A model generated the notes under the pieces. It was not told where the DNA came from, made no database searches, and saw only the letters and a program-made list of their open reading frames with translations. This document shows, in pieces, positions 51,901 to 64,000 of a stretch of DNA of 64,000 nucleotides. Location of the stretch: contig CM119267.1 in NCBI GenBank assembly GCA_051294375.1, forward strand, positions 18,330,992 to 18,394,991, written 5' to 3'. The translations under genes were made by a program, and so were the position numbers. Numbering within the stretch: position 1 is the first letter of the stretch; every line of letters begins with the position of its first letter. Origin of the DNA: Paraspadella gotoi. Its lineage: Eukaryota; Animalia; Chaetognatha.

Positions 51901-54900
51901 CCCCGAGATCGTGAGACGAGAGTGAGGACGATCCTTGACTCGGGGATGAAGAGGAAGGAACAACGAAGGGAAGAGAAGGAGTAGAGGTTGAGAAGGGGGA
52001 GAGAAAACCCATCTTTCAATAAGCTTTATTTTATGTTTCTATGTCTTCGTAAAATTCAGGCATCTAATATGTTTTTTCGATGTGAAAAGTGGCTCCTTTT
52101 TTCGCCGTAGTGTGCAAGATAATGACAGAGCAGTTCCTTCAAACATAGTGAAAGGACCTTCGTTTTGTTTTAAATTGAGAGAGAAAACAAAGTTTGTTTT
52201 TGTTTACAAACAACAAATTTTATTTTTTAAACAAACATGTTTCAACTCTTTTTAAAGTCTTCATCAGCGCAATGTGAATTTAAATTTTGCCAAACATCAT
52301 GATGAAGGGAGATAAATGATACTGTTGGTAATGTTCCTTTAAGACATTTGAACTTTTTTATCTCAAACCCGACAAGACACTATGAAAAGTTACGTGAACG
52401 GCCAGAAAACGTAAAATGTAAAAAAACCAGAACAAAACAAAAAGTAATATGTAGAATGAGACATTAATGATTCCAATCAGGTAACAGGAGAGAAAGAGAG
52501 GGAGTGAAGATAAAATCGCCTTCTGACCTTTTTTGGTCATATTTTTCTCTCTCGGTCCCATTGCAACGCCGGTCATTTCGTACGTTTACTTTTAGAAATT
52601 TGGTGACCAAATTTTATTCGTTTTTGAACCATTTATTGAATCAACGTCGCGCGTCCGAAAACCGTTTTTTACGGGTTTTCGCGACCAGATATTGTCACGA
52701 TTTTCTTTTTTTGCTACAATTTTGTAATGACCAAGAATAGACGTTTGGACCGTTTGGGAACTCGCGTTGTACTTTTACTAGAGATATAGTCAGTGAAACT
52801 TTTGTCAAAACCTCTTTTTGGACGGGCGACCAACGAACGCCAAGGACCGCAAAGCATGGAGACTCGGAACGTCTCTACAGAGAGTGAGAGAGAGAGAAAG
52901 AGAGAGAGTAAGCGTCCAACAAAGATTTGAGTAAAGAAAAGTGTTAAGGGTAAGAACAGCTGAAGGTAAGGACAGGAGAGACAGAGAGAGAGTGAATAGA
53001 AATAAAGTCAGGTCATTTGAGAGTAAGTAGGAAACAATGTTTGGAGAAAAGAATAAGACTCGAAACATATCCGTTTATAAAAATAAAATTTGTTGTTTGT
53101 AAACAAAAACAAACTATAATTCAAGTTAACAGTACCAAAATGGTTGTGAGCAAAACAAAAAACTGATTGAACTGTATCTCTCTCTGTCTTAATAAACTTT
53201 TTATCATTTCTTTACTGTTTCACTATCTTTCAAGATTAAGTTACAAGAAACCTTTAGTTTAATAGTGTTTTCATGTGATTTTTATTGGTTAATATTATTT
53301 TTTTTATCCTGTCAGCTAATCAAACGATACATATTAGCTTTTTAATTTGATTTTATATTATTTATTTAAATTTTTAATTAAGATTAATAAGTTTTTATTA
53401 AATTAAAATATTACTGTGAAACGTTAATTCTCATTTGGAGCATATTTGGCATTTTATTTAATATTTGCTGAAAAATGTTCTACAATTTGGTACCAAGGTA
53501 ATATTCCCAAGGTTTGGTAAAGATATTCCAACCCATCCTATAGGAAGCTTGCCAGGCTACTATAATTCAGGCATTTTATGATATATTTCCTTTTTTTTAA
53601 ATCTTAGTAAATAACTGAGTATCTAGCAGGGATTGAATTAATTTTTTTTAAAAATGTTTTACTGTATCTGAGTTTTCAAAAATTATAACGCACTTGATAT
53701 ATTAGGGAGATCTGTAGTCGGGAAAACTTCCGCTTCATAAGTAAAAGCCAAAATGATATTTGAAATAATTTTTTTTACACCAATTTGATAAACGCTTTTA
53801 TGAAATAAATTTCGTTTTTAAGAGCACTTTTCAACTGATTGGCAGAGCTAAATTCTTTACCTTAACAACGACATAAAGTAAGAGTCAATTTAAAAATAAA
53901 AAATAAGTACAATACAAAGGCCACGATTCATTTAGGAACGGGCAAAGAATTAGGCAAACCATTTGGCCGTTTATCCAAGGATCGAGTGGAATATTAGGTG
54001 TTGGAAATAGCGATTGGATGGAATTCGGCGGCGGCGCAGATCTTAAACCGTGATCGAGCACCGCCCCCGCAAAACGTCGGAAAAAGTGAACGTAAGGCCA
54101 TTACGTTTCTGAAGCGCAATCGAGCTATCATGGTTCACCCCGCAGATAAAGGCAGAGATGCGGCAGTCATAAACGCTCATGACTATAAATCGAAAGTTAA
54201 CGCAATGTTATCGGACGGCAAAGTCTATACGCCTCTCTCAAAGGCTCCCACCCTCGCTTACAGGGTGAGAATCCAGACGGTTACGAAACGCATTCGTGAA
54301 TACTGTCCCCCGTCAGTATTTCACAGAGTCAACCTTGACTCTACGCACTGCGTAATAATGAATAACAATAAATAAACAGATAATAGCTTAAAATAAACGC
54401 TATCAAAAAATATAAGAAACCCAAATATAAACCATATGTTGAAATAGAACACAAATTAGAGAATTATAATTTAATACAAATGAAAAGGAAACTGACAAAA
54501 TCGATTTAATTTGACATTGAACCATGAAATAAGGAATTAAATTGAAAATAGCGGGGTAATTAAAATGAGAGCGTGGAAAATTTGGTTACCTGGAGTTGAA
54601 TTCGTTAACCAGTTGATCGGTAGTTCCTTTGAAATTTGCAATCTCCATTTGTTTTATGCCAACCAATTTGCTGAGCTCTTCTTTTTGTTGCAACGCGTCT
54701 TTGTTGCGTTGGTACAGCTGACTACGCTCCAAATTAATTTTCTTCAAAAACAACGAAAGTTTATAACACATTTTTGGAAACGGTTGAGGTTCATAGTCCC
54801 TTATAAAGACATGCCTGAAGATCCTCCGGCCGAAGATCCTGAGCATCGTAGATGACCTGAAGTCGCTTCTTATCGTCCGCCAAAACCATGGTTTGTTTTT

Positions 54901-57900
54901 CGAGTGCCTCGTTGTCTTTTTTCAAGGTTCCCACCTTAAAAAAAAAAATTATATTGAATTACGGATTACATAAGAATATAGTGAATTCCCTACCATTTGC
55001 TGGAGCTTCTCGAAGTAGTTTTTTTTTTCATCCACGTGCTTGTAAAGCTTTGCTCTGTCCTCTTCGTGGACGCCGAGGCTACGCTGCGCTTCGGCAAACG
55101 CATCCGGTTCTGATTCGATCCTCTGCTTCTTCTGCGTCAACTTTTCCAACTCCGCGGCGAGAGTGTGGGCGTCGCCTTAAAGAAAATAAAAATCGATTAA
55201 AGCGATTTAGTACGAATTTAGAAATAATTTTTTTAGATATTACCTCCTAGACCGTGGACAAGTTTTTTAATGTCATCTTCGTGCTGCTTGATGCAACCCT
55301 CATATTCGTCCTCTCCATCCATGAACGCTTCGTATGTGTCGCTAACAAATCCCCATTGAAGTCTTTTAATATGTGCTTCCTGATAGAACAAGTTTGAGCA
55401 AACAATGCCGGATCTGCCAACGATCATTAACGGTAAGCAGCTGATCATACCTACAGACGGACGGACGGACCAACAGACGGATGGACCTACAGACATCATT
55501 TTTTCCCATAATTTATCATTAAAGGTTTTTATTTTTAATTCGAAAACGAATGTAATTAGCAGTTAGCCTTCATCAGCTCAAAATTTGTTTTTAAAATTCT
55601 CAAAGATTTTTCCCTAAAAGTAATGGAGAGAGAGAGAGAGAGAAAGTTTTCCAACACAGAATTTAGAAAAGGACAGTGAGAGATTGAGGACAGTTTAAGG
55701 ACAGTATAGACTGGAAGAAAGTGAGGGAAAGAGAAATGAAATTTAAGCCAACTACAGTGAATTACATTTGATTAATGAATAAGACAATAACAATGTTAAA
55801 TTGGTATAAACTGTGACATTAACAATTAACTGAGATAAATTAAATTCTACATAATGAAATAAAAGTAAATAAAAAGTGAAAAATTAAATAGAGTAAAAGG
55901 GTAAGAAAAGTTAAACAAAGTGCATAAAGAGCTCAAAATAGAGCTTCCCCCGCTCTCTCTCCTTTTCCCTCCGTTACTTTTTTGACAAAATATGTGAGAA
56001 TTTTAAAAACAAATTTCGCGCTGATGAAGGCTAACAAAATAGCCGAAACATGTTCGTTTTTTCATGTTAATTACATTCGTTGTTGAAATAAAAATAAAAA
56101 ACTTTTCCTTTAATGCTACCTACGCAACGAAACGAAAGAAATAAAACCATGCACATTGCACAATTTATCATAATTTGATGTTCTGACATAATCTCAGTGA
56201 ATGACCGACAAGATTGGGGGGGGCGGACCGACGGACCGACAAAGTGAATCATATTAAAAATAAGACGAGTTTTTCTTCGAGGAGAAAAATTAAGAGAAGA
56301 ATGTACGAAAGGGAAAATAAGTCTTTTCAAGACGACCAACCTCTTCTGAAGCGTCAATCTGCAGTCCACCCCCGGGAAGCAAAACTTGTTCACCGTCCAA
56401 GGCGAGGGTGGTCTGAATTGGGCCGATCATCCAGTGCAGGACTCCCAATAGATAGTGCCATGAGTGAGGGGAACCGATGGTTTTAAGGTGAGAGTTCGAT
56501 ATGTTAAAAGGATAACCAATATTCTGCAAAGGAGCGATTGGGAGACAATGAAGCAGACTTTTCTCAATTGCCTATCTTTACGCGAGCTATAAAGGAACCT
56601 TAATCTTATCCAAGAAAACTTGGGCTTTGTCGTGCGATGGCAGAAAAGTAAAAGCTTCATCCACGAACCCGTGGAGAAATTCGAAAATCCTCCAAAAGTC
56701 GGTGGAGCTGGGACCTTGGACGAGATCGCGCATTTGTATAGGATGTCCGTACCCGTGTTCCAACAGAAATTTGTGGACGTCGCGAGCGCAGTGTTGCCGG
56801 GCTCCTTTGTCCGAAAGATTTCGAACGTCAGTCAAAGGTTTGTTCGTGCCCAAACCTAAATTTTAGTGAAAATAAAATAATAAAATAAACGTAGTTTAGA
56901 GAACAAATCATAAAAGCACAGCAAGCTCACGTTTACCTCCAGAAGATCTTCTGAAACCTTGGCCTAGGGCCTGATTCGACAAACTACTCTGTCTGTTGCG
57001 CATAGGACCTAGGAATGTGGAAAAAACAAGTTTGAGCAAACAATGTCGGATCTGCCCACATTAATTAGCGGTAATTAACTAATTTAAATAATTAATACAA
57101 CTATATAAACTAAAATAATAATTCAATTAATGAATTAATTAATATGATCCGAAAAGTTTGTTTTGAGGTCTTTTTGTCACTATGACAAAAGCAACGACGA
57201 CGATGATGGCGACGACGATAATAATGCCGATAACGATTGACTTGATTGATTTATTAAATAAGATTAATTACTACATCTTGCATTTACATTTAATATAAAA
57301 AGAAAAAGAAGCATAATCAAATAGTGAAACAAGTTTTTTGTTTTTTCCATTTAAACTCATTTCCACTCGCCCGATTCCATCATATCCAGCTCAATCACAC
57401 ACTTACCTACCCACACACAAAATTTTTTTCCAATCCATCCATCCAATCACGAGCAATTGGAGTTTTTTGCTAAGGTGGGACGGACGGACGGAGGGACATC
57501 GTTTTTTTTTAACATAATTTATCATAATTCGATGTTCTGACATGATATAAGTGAATGCCCGATAATATTGAGGGGGCGGACCGACGGACCAACAGTGAAT
57601 TATAGAGTCGGGATCTGCTGATAAGCAGATCTGACTAAAAATAGTGAAGAGAAACAAAGGATCTTCGAGTCCAATTAAGAATCGAAATGCTGTTGTTACC
57701 TGGCGCAACGGAGGATCTGCCGACAGACGCAGACCTCTTTTGTGGAAGATTGTCGGGACGAATTCTTGCATTCCCTAAATAACGAGTCAGACGCTAACAG
57801 TAATAAAACCCCACACATACGCTTTTATTTTACTATTATTTACCTGCCACACCGGAAATACGCGGAGTCGGCCGGGGTATACTGCTTCTTTCGGTTGATC

Positions 57901-58137
57901 TACATAAAATTGCCAAAGGATTTAGTTAACTAACACTATATTCTATAATGCCATCCCACGCCAAAAGCGGCTTTTATTATCGCGAGAATAATGGCTAATT
58001 CCAGAAATGACTGGGTGTATATTGGAGTAATGTTAAGAGATTGAGAAGTGCCCTCACCTCGATCGAGCTTTGCTGGATGATAATCGATCCCCTGGTGCCT
58101 GATTCTCGTCGCAGATTCCGCGCCAGTTACGCTTCAT
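48938..58137 (-). CDS. NDC80: Kinetochore protein NDC80/HEC1
   Basis: Basic tail exons, CH domain (DVRNLSDK, PSSTDFWRIFEFL, IGYPFNIS, GSPHSWHYLLGVLHWM, YEAFMDG), then long coiled-coil exons down to 48938. Confidence 0.9.
52231..52270 (-). ncRNA. Degenerate minimal hammerhead motif
   Basis: CTGATGA-A-GACTT/GAGTT-GAAA-CATG-TT. Confidence 0.6.
53998..54345 (+). mobile_element. Penelope-like retroelement ORF fragment in an NDC80 intron
   Basis: PPPQNVGKSERKAITFLK..AIMVHPADKGRDAAVINAHDYKSKVNAMLSD..Y matches the (P)ADKG region upstream of the RT core in Penelope-like elements. The ORF is truncated. Confidence 0.82.
56017..56058 (+). ncRNA. Minimal hammerhead motif with covaried stem II
   Basis: CTGATGA-A-GGCTA/TAGCC-GAAA-CATG-TT. 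Confidence 0.75.
57024..57641 (+). mobile_element. HINE/DINE-1-like non-autonomous Helentron element
   Basis: Starts aacaagtttgagcaaacaatgtcggatctgc (also at 41621 and 55387). Has a (GACG)n microsatellite and a 3' hairpin agtcgggatctgct-gata-agcagatctgact reusing the 5' subterminal motif, then an A-run. Confidence 0.72.
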
Positions 58138-59188
58138 CGTCGGCGAGTCCTTATATGTATCTTTATCAAAAAGGATCAATTAAAGAATAAGCCTAAGCTG
58201 TATGAAGAAAAGTAATTAATGGAATGTGGGAAAATAATTTCTAATCGCAATATGTTTATTGGATGAAATTAACAGTCACGTCAAAAACATGTACAGAAAT
58301 CACAACGAGATGTCTCGTCATTTGACAGAGAACATGGATAATAATCAGATATCAGAAACTAAAAATTTAAAACCTCATTATGTTATGTCGATCGCGAAAC
58401 GGTCAATGATACTGAGAAAAACTGATTATGTAGGTAAGAACCGATTGTATGCAAATGAATAGATGAACAATGATACCCACTATTTTTTTATAAAAACACT
58501 TTCCAACAAACATAGTATATTCCGGAACTTTCTCTAGAAAACGACTGACGATCAAATAAACCATTACCCCACCGCTACACTACTCCAGATTAAAATAGCG
58601 GGTAAAGTAAAAAAAAAAATGATCAGCGAAAAAAAGAAAAAAAAAAGAAAAAAAATGCATGGAATAAATTTATATGCACCATTGCATAACTGGGTAACGC
58701 TTGATTATCAAAATACTTGAACGAGAATTTCGTAATTCGCGCCCAAACGTGAGTTTCCCAATGAACGAAATAATTTTTTAACACGTTTAAAATAAAGCAT
58801 CATGGTAAGTATTGCTGTCAAAGTAACGAAAAAATAAATAAAGCAAAACAAGTTTATGATTGATAATAAAATAAACCTTTGGATTGTCAATAAAGAATAA
58901 TCACTGAAAATGAATGCTAAGCTCTATATATTTTTTTCTTTTAACGCCTTTTAAATAAATTTGACTAGCCACTCATCAACACGAGAAACATCAACAAAAG
59001 AAATTTACTGAGTTAACACCAACTTTCTAAGTCTTATAAGTAAAATTTATATTTATTCATGAAGATAAGTCGCGCCATCATACAGCTTTTGAGCAAAATG
59101 AAGTTTCAAATATGTCAAATTTAAAAAAAAACAAAAACAAAAAACTTAGAAAACTGGTGTTATGACGGTTAAGCTGAAGAGGCCCTTA

Positions 59189-62100
59189 TCACGGTACGGT
59201 GATCCAACCCGAAGTGGCCAAAAACTCAATGATCTTCTTTCTGTGGCTCTTTTCCACTCCGTGATACTTGTTCTTGACGGTGACCCCGTTCTGCCTGGAG
59301 CAATGATCCTTGAGGATGGCGGCTTTTATGAGTATGTAGTTGGAGGGCGTCATGGAGATGGAGCGACACAATTGGCGCTCCTTGTGAGAAAGGAGATCGT
59401 AGCCGGGGAATTTGGAATAATCAGTGTTCCTGCCGTTGGTCGATGAGGAGGATGCGGAGACCGGGGTAGCGTGCTTCCCAGAGGCGGATCTAGAGCTACC
59501 TCCGCCGCCGGCGGTTTTTCCGGAACCTAGTAAAGGAGGCGGCTGCGGCGGTGCGGAATGGGGCGGTGCGGAAGTGTCCATGTCGCCCGCGTCACCCTCG
59601 TCCGTCTGCTCGCCGTCGGAAGTATCGCAGGTTGACGAAGTTTCGGCGCTGGCGGTCGCACGAGTGTTTTTGCTCGTCGAGCGAGACCCTGTTGACCTAT
59701 AATAAATTCAGGCGAAGGAAATGAGTCAAGCAAGCAAGCCGATTAAGGCAAGACAGTGGTCATTGACTGGTCAACATACCGACTGGAGTTTGATTTCTTC
59801 TTGGATTGTACTGAGCCGTTGGAAGCCACCTCCTTCCCTCCTGTTTCTTTTCCTTTGGACTTCTCCCGCTTTCCTTTAGAGGATTCGGCATCGGATATTT
59901 CATTGGTTTTCGTCGTAGCAAGTTTTCTGTCAAGTGGGTGAAGTGCAAAGGAAATGTGACAGGATTGAAAACATCGTACGTACGTACAGTTTTAATTTTA
60001 AAAGCATTCTCAAGACTTGCAATACTTTATTCGTTGTCTTATTTGCTCTCAAGACTTACCGCAAATTCGCGAGTTCTTTCAAACGATTCTTGAGTTTTTT
60101 TTCCTTTTGGAGATTTTCGTAAAGCTTCTCTTGCTCGTGGAGGGAATGAATTTGAGCGAAGATCCTCATACGGTCGAACCTAAGAAGTCGTCACGAAAAG
60201 AGGAGCGTTTGATGTTGATACTACTTTGTAGGTAATTCGGGGGGAAACTCAACCACGAACCACTCTTTCTCTTCTTTGGACGATCTTCTCTTGGAAATAT
60301 CCGCGGCTTTTTTTTGATCCTTCCTTTGAATTGTGCCGACGGCGTTTTCGATCAAACGAAAATCTCGCGCCACGTTTTTGCGACGAATTCGTTCCTGAAA
60401 GAAAGGTAAATCAAAATTACGTACATCTGAGGTTTTTCGACCAACCATAGTCTTAGTTTTTGCATTGATCATTTCCTCTCTTCCAAATGTAAGAGATAGA
60501 TTCTTAGAATAATACTAAATGAGATTGAGATTTCATCAATCTCATTTGCATATAGTATTAAATCATTTTAAGTGCAATTGATTTTTGTACTGTAATATTA
60601 TTAGGCATATTTTTTGATTTTACATTACTTTTCTATATCGTTTAGAAGTTTTGTAGAGATATGTCCCCCTTTTCCCCCCCCATTTATTTGTTTGCCTTTT
60701 GTTATTACCATTTCTGCCGATAGATGCCTCTTTTCTTTTCTTTAGGAGATTACACTCCTCTTTTCTTTTCTTACCAGATATTCTAGGCCATGTAGATACC
60801 TAGGACTTTTCCGCCCGTCACCAAACTGCCTTTTACGAGGTCCTAGGACGCACTTCATGTCACTATGCGTCACCTTTGATACCGTTTACAGACAGTGATG
60901 TCATGGCCATAGAGCCCACGACGAGACCACACTTCGATAGACTTGTGGATGCGGTTGTGGTCAGACTATAGCTTCCGTCACCGACTTGTGGACGAACTTG
61001 TGGTCTACGTCATCAGACCACACTCGAGTGACGATATCCTCGCCGACCACGGGTCCACGGCGCCAGTCCACGGCGTTCTCGGACTCGCTCTCCCGTCACC
61101 ACGGCGTTCTGACGACATCGGCGCTCACGCTTCGGCGACGGACGCGGCCACGTCAATTTCCGGAGACGCTTATGAGGGACGTGGAGGACGACTCTCCTCC
61201 ATAGCGGCGCGACGGCGGCGAAGCAGTTTAATTGATTCATAGATAATTTGGTGATAATTTGATAGTATAATTATGTCATTAATGATTGAGTGTATCTCTA
61301 TTCTGGCTGACCTTTTCATAACTCATAAATACTTTATTATTAAAAGGTGAAATCAATGGTCAGCTTGGATCAAGGGAAGTCCTATCATGTTAGAGTCCCA
61401 TATCTCTGAAGTCCTTGTTCAATGTATTAAGTGTTGAATAGTTTTACTCAATAAACATTAATTATAATAATAAAGATAAATTATATTTCTATTTGTATTT
61501 AGTTATTTAGCTATTGTAGTAAATCTCAGGTAAACTAGAAAGGCAGCGCAAGCTCTATCACGGAAGATGCAAGTAACAAATAATATATAATTCATAACCC
61601 GAGTCCCACTCCTACACAAACTCACCCTTAATCTCATTCTGTACATGTCGACGTAAGCGGCCTTGAGAGCGGAATCGACGTCATCGTCATCTTCGTCGTC
61701 GCAAGATATTTCTAGCCCAGCGAGAAGATGCTCGGCGTCGTTGTCATACTCCCTCTCAAAGTCATCCCTAAATTTAAATAGAAACATGGGAGATGACCCC
61801 AAATAAACATGGTCAAAGTTTTACTTCCCCTCCCGTTTCAAATCGCTATCGGACTATAGAAGCGTTATCTCTAAACGTCATAATACCTCAAAGGCATGAA
61901 TCCCAGGAGTTGTTGCTCTTCCTGCGGGATGGCGATGGGGGGGAACTGGACGGTCAGTGACGGAGAAAGGGGACCGCCTGCGTAAATTAAAAATCCTCAA
62001 TCCTCATGAACATTGAACAATGTCAATTTTTTCCTAAGAAAGTCTTTTGTCTCTCACCTTCGGGACATGAATGGTCTTTGGTCTGAAACTGAGGATTGGG

Positions 62101-62568
62101 TTCCCGCGGGAGAGTGGCGCTTCCCAAGCTTCCGTCGATGTAATAAGCGCGGTAATGGTCGGCCACGTTGGAGGCCGAAGCGTTGATTTTTTTCGCCACG
62201 TCTTCCCAATTGCCGAAACTGATAAGAGACGAGAGGCACAGTTTAAGGCTGAAATTCAACAAGACCCGCCATACTAAATATCATGTTCAAAATAAACCAA
62301 CGGACCCGAAATGCTCGACAGTTTCAACGAGATCACACTCGTTGGTGGCCTGCCATTGGTTGGCCCCTTCGAAGATCGGAAAGGATCCGCGGTCGGCCAG
62401 ACTATAGGCGTGCCCGCGCTTGTGGGAGCCCATCTCTGCTCCACACGCCAAGCACTTGAGGCAGAGAGGCAGATCTTCGCAAACAGCGCAGACGGCGCCG
62501 ATGCCCAGAATCTCATCCTGGCAATAGGTGCAGAATACGCGCGGAGTCGATTCTGAAGGCGCCGCCAT
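59189..62568 (-). CDS. TADA2B: Transcriptional adapter 2-beta (SAGA)
   Basis: ZZ finger (FCTYC...CAVC..LCLKCLACGAEMGSHKRGHAY), SANT (FGNWEDVA), GFMPLRDDFEREYDNDAE, C-terminal SWIRM (LLSHKERQLC...IIEFLATSGWI). Confidence 0.92.
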
Positions 62569-63032
62569 GGCGAATTGACAGTTTTGAAGATTAGACGAGA
62601 AGTTAGCTACTTTTTTTCGTGGCACAAGGTTTTCGGTTAATGATTAATCGGGGTGAAGATCGCGCGGCTCCTTGGTCTCCCCGGACGCGACCTTCCTTTC
62701 TATTATTAAAAAAAAAAACGAGGCATAGAAAAAAAATAGAATAAAGGTGTTATATATCAAATGAGCTACGGTCGACACAATCTCGCGCCGATCGTAATTG
62801 AAAAAAAGCACATCTTTTAAATATCAATCTGAAGCTGAGCTAAGAATAACGAATCAAAAGAACAGAACATAGTAATGAAGTCATTGGAGATCGCTGTTAA
62901 TGAATCTTGATTGTAACGAGAAAAACAAGTCAGTCAATCATTTTCGGTTACGTATCACAGGAATTCGCAAGATTAGGTTAATTTTTTTTCGTAAGGCCAT
63001 GAAGATTTTCCATGAGTTCGAATGTTTTCGCC

Positions 63033-63697
63033 TTAAATTCCACGATCAAAAATCTTCGGGGATCGATCGACTAGTTGAGTCTTTGTTGGAACTTATGAAG
63101 TCTTTGAGCGCAAATTCGTCACGACCTTCTCGTCTCATCGACAAATAGACCTAAAAAAATACTCGGTCCAGTTGGTATTGTTATTTTTAATATTGCAGCG
63201 TCTTTCAGCATTGAACCGCAAAGGTCGACAACAAACTCCTAATTCGTTCGAACAAATGCTTACTTGGGGTTCACCAGTTGGTGCCTTTTCGATCTTCTTC
63301 AAGACTCCGTGCAAACGACCACCCGTGAGAATTTTCGAGATGATTTCCAGATTAGGGTGATCCATTAACTTACTCATGTCCGCCAATTCCGCGGCCATCC
63401 CTTTAGTAGATCTCCTCCGGGGAATAAGCCCCTCTACGGGGAGGTGTCGAAGGTTGATCACTTTCACCTCATCCGAGTTTCCCCAGTCCACGAAAGCAAC
63501 CTGACGGAAAAAATAAACTGAAAATAGGCTTTTAAATAGGAAACAATAAAAAACTTACGATAGCCGAATCTTGATGCCCTGTCTGCGGAGGTTCGATGAT
63601 TTGACCGCGGTACCATAGACCATCTTGCTCCCAAAAAGCGGCGCAAACCATATTTCTGACGGGATTCTTCATGAACGGCCACGTATGGGCGTTAGTC
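63033..63697 (-). CDS. Extended Tudor-domain protein, last three exons
   Basis: MVCAAFWEQDGLWYRGQI...|VAFVDWGNSDEV...LRHLP aromatic-cage Tudor motif. The 5' part lies outside the window. Confidence 0.85.
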
Positions 63698-64000
63698 TGC
63701 GAAAAAAAATTGTGCAATGTGCATGTTATAATTTATGCACGTTTATATCTTAATTATTTTTATTATTTTATTACTATTTTCTAACAATAATTTTAATGAA
63801 AAATAAATATATATTATATAAATATAATATATGTAAATAATATATAAAAATAAATGTATAAATAAATAAATATTTTTAATTAAATATGTTTAGGAATATG
63901 TCAATATCAATAAAACAAAAATAAATATTATTAATCTTAATTTATCAAATATATCACATATTTAATAAAAATAAGTTTTTAGACGTTTTCATAACATTTA

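Overview
Compact, intron-containing animal genomic DNA: GC-rich exons, AT-rich GT-AG introns of mostly 60-100 nt, standard code. About 24 protein-coding genes can be modelled, and all lie on the minus strand. They are HHAT, CPSF6, ANKLE1, PUS3, MGME1, a small TM protein, CATSPERB, TMEM87, CHEK2, an RRM/Gly-rich protein, two small ORFs, CNBP-like, UBE2D, MRPL35, SNRPD1, DNAJC30, a split globin-like protein, a PZP protein, a phytochelatin-synthase-like protein, MED27, NDC80, TADA2B and a Tudor protein. Many stop-to-start gaps are only 100-450 bp, contain an unpaired 3' splice acceptor and often lack AATAAA. This is the layout expected of a very long operon resolved by spliced-leader trans-splicing. 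Two intronic C/D snoRNAs sit in a non-coding exon chain. Long introns and the 40-46 kb gap hold a Penelope-derived repeat family with minimal hammerhead ribozymes in inverted pairs, plus HINE-like and foldback elements. All gene names come from motif recognition by eye, and splice models were built by hand. No database search was run.
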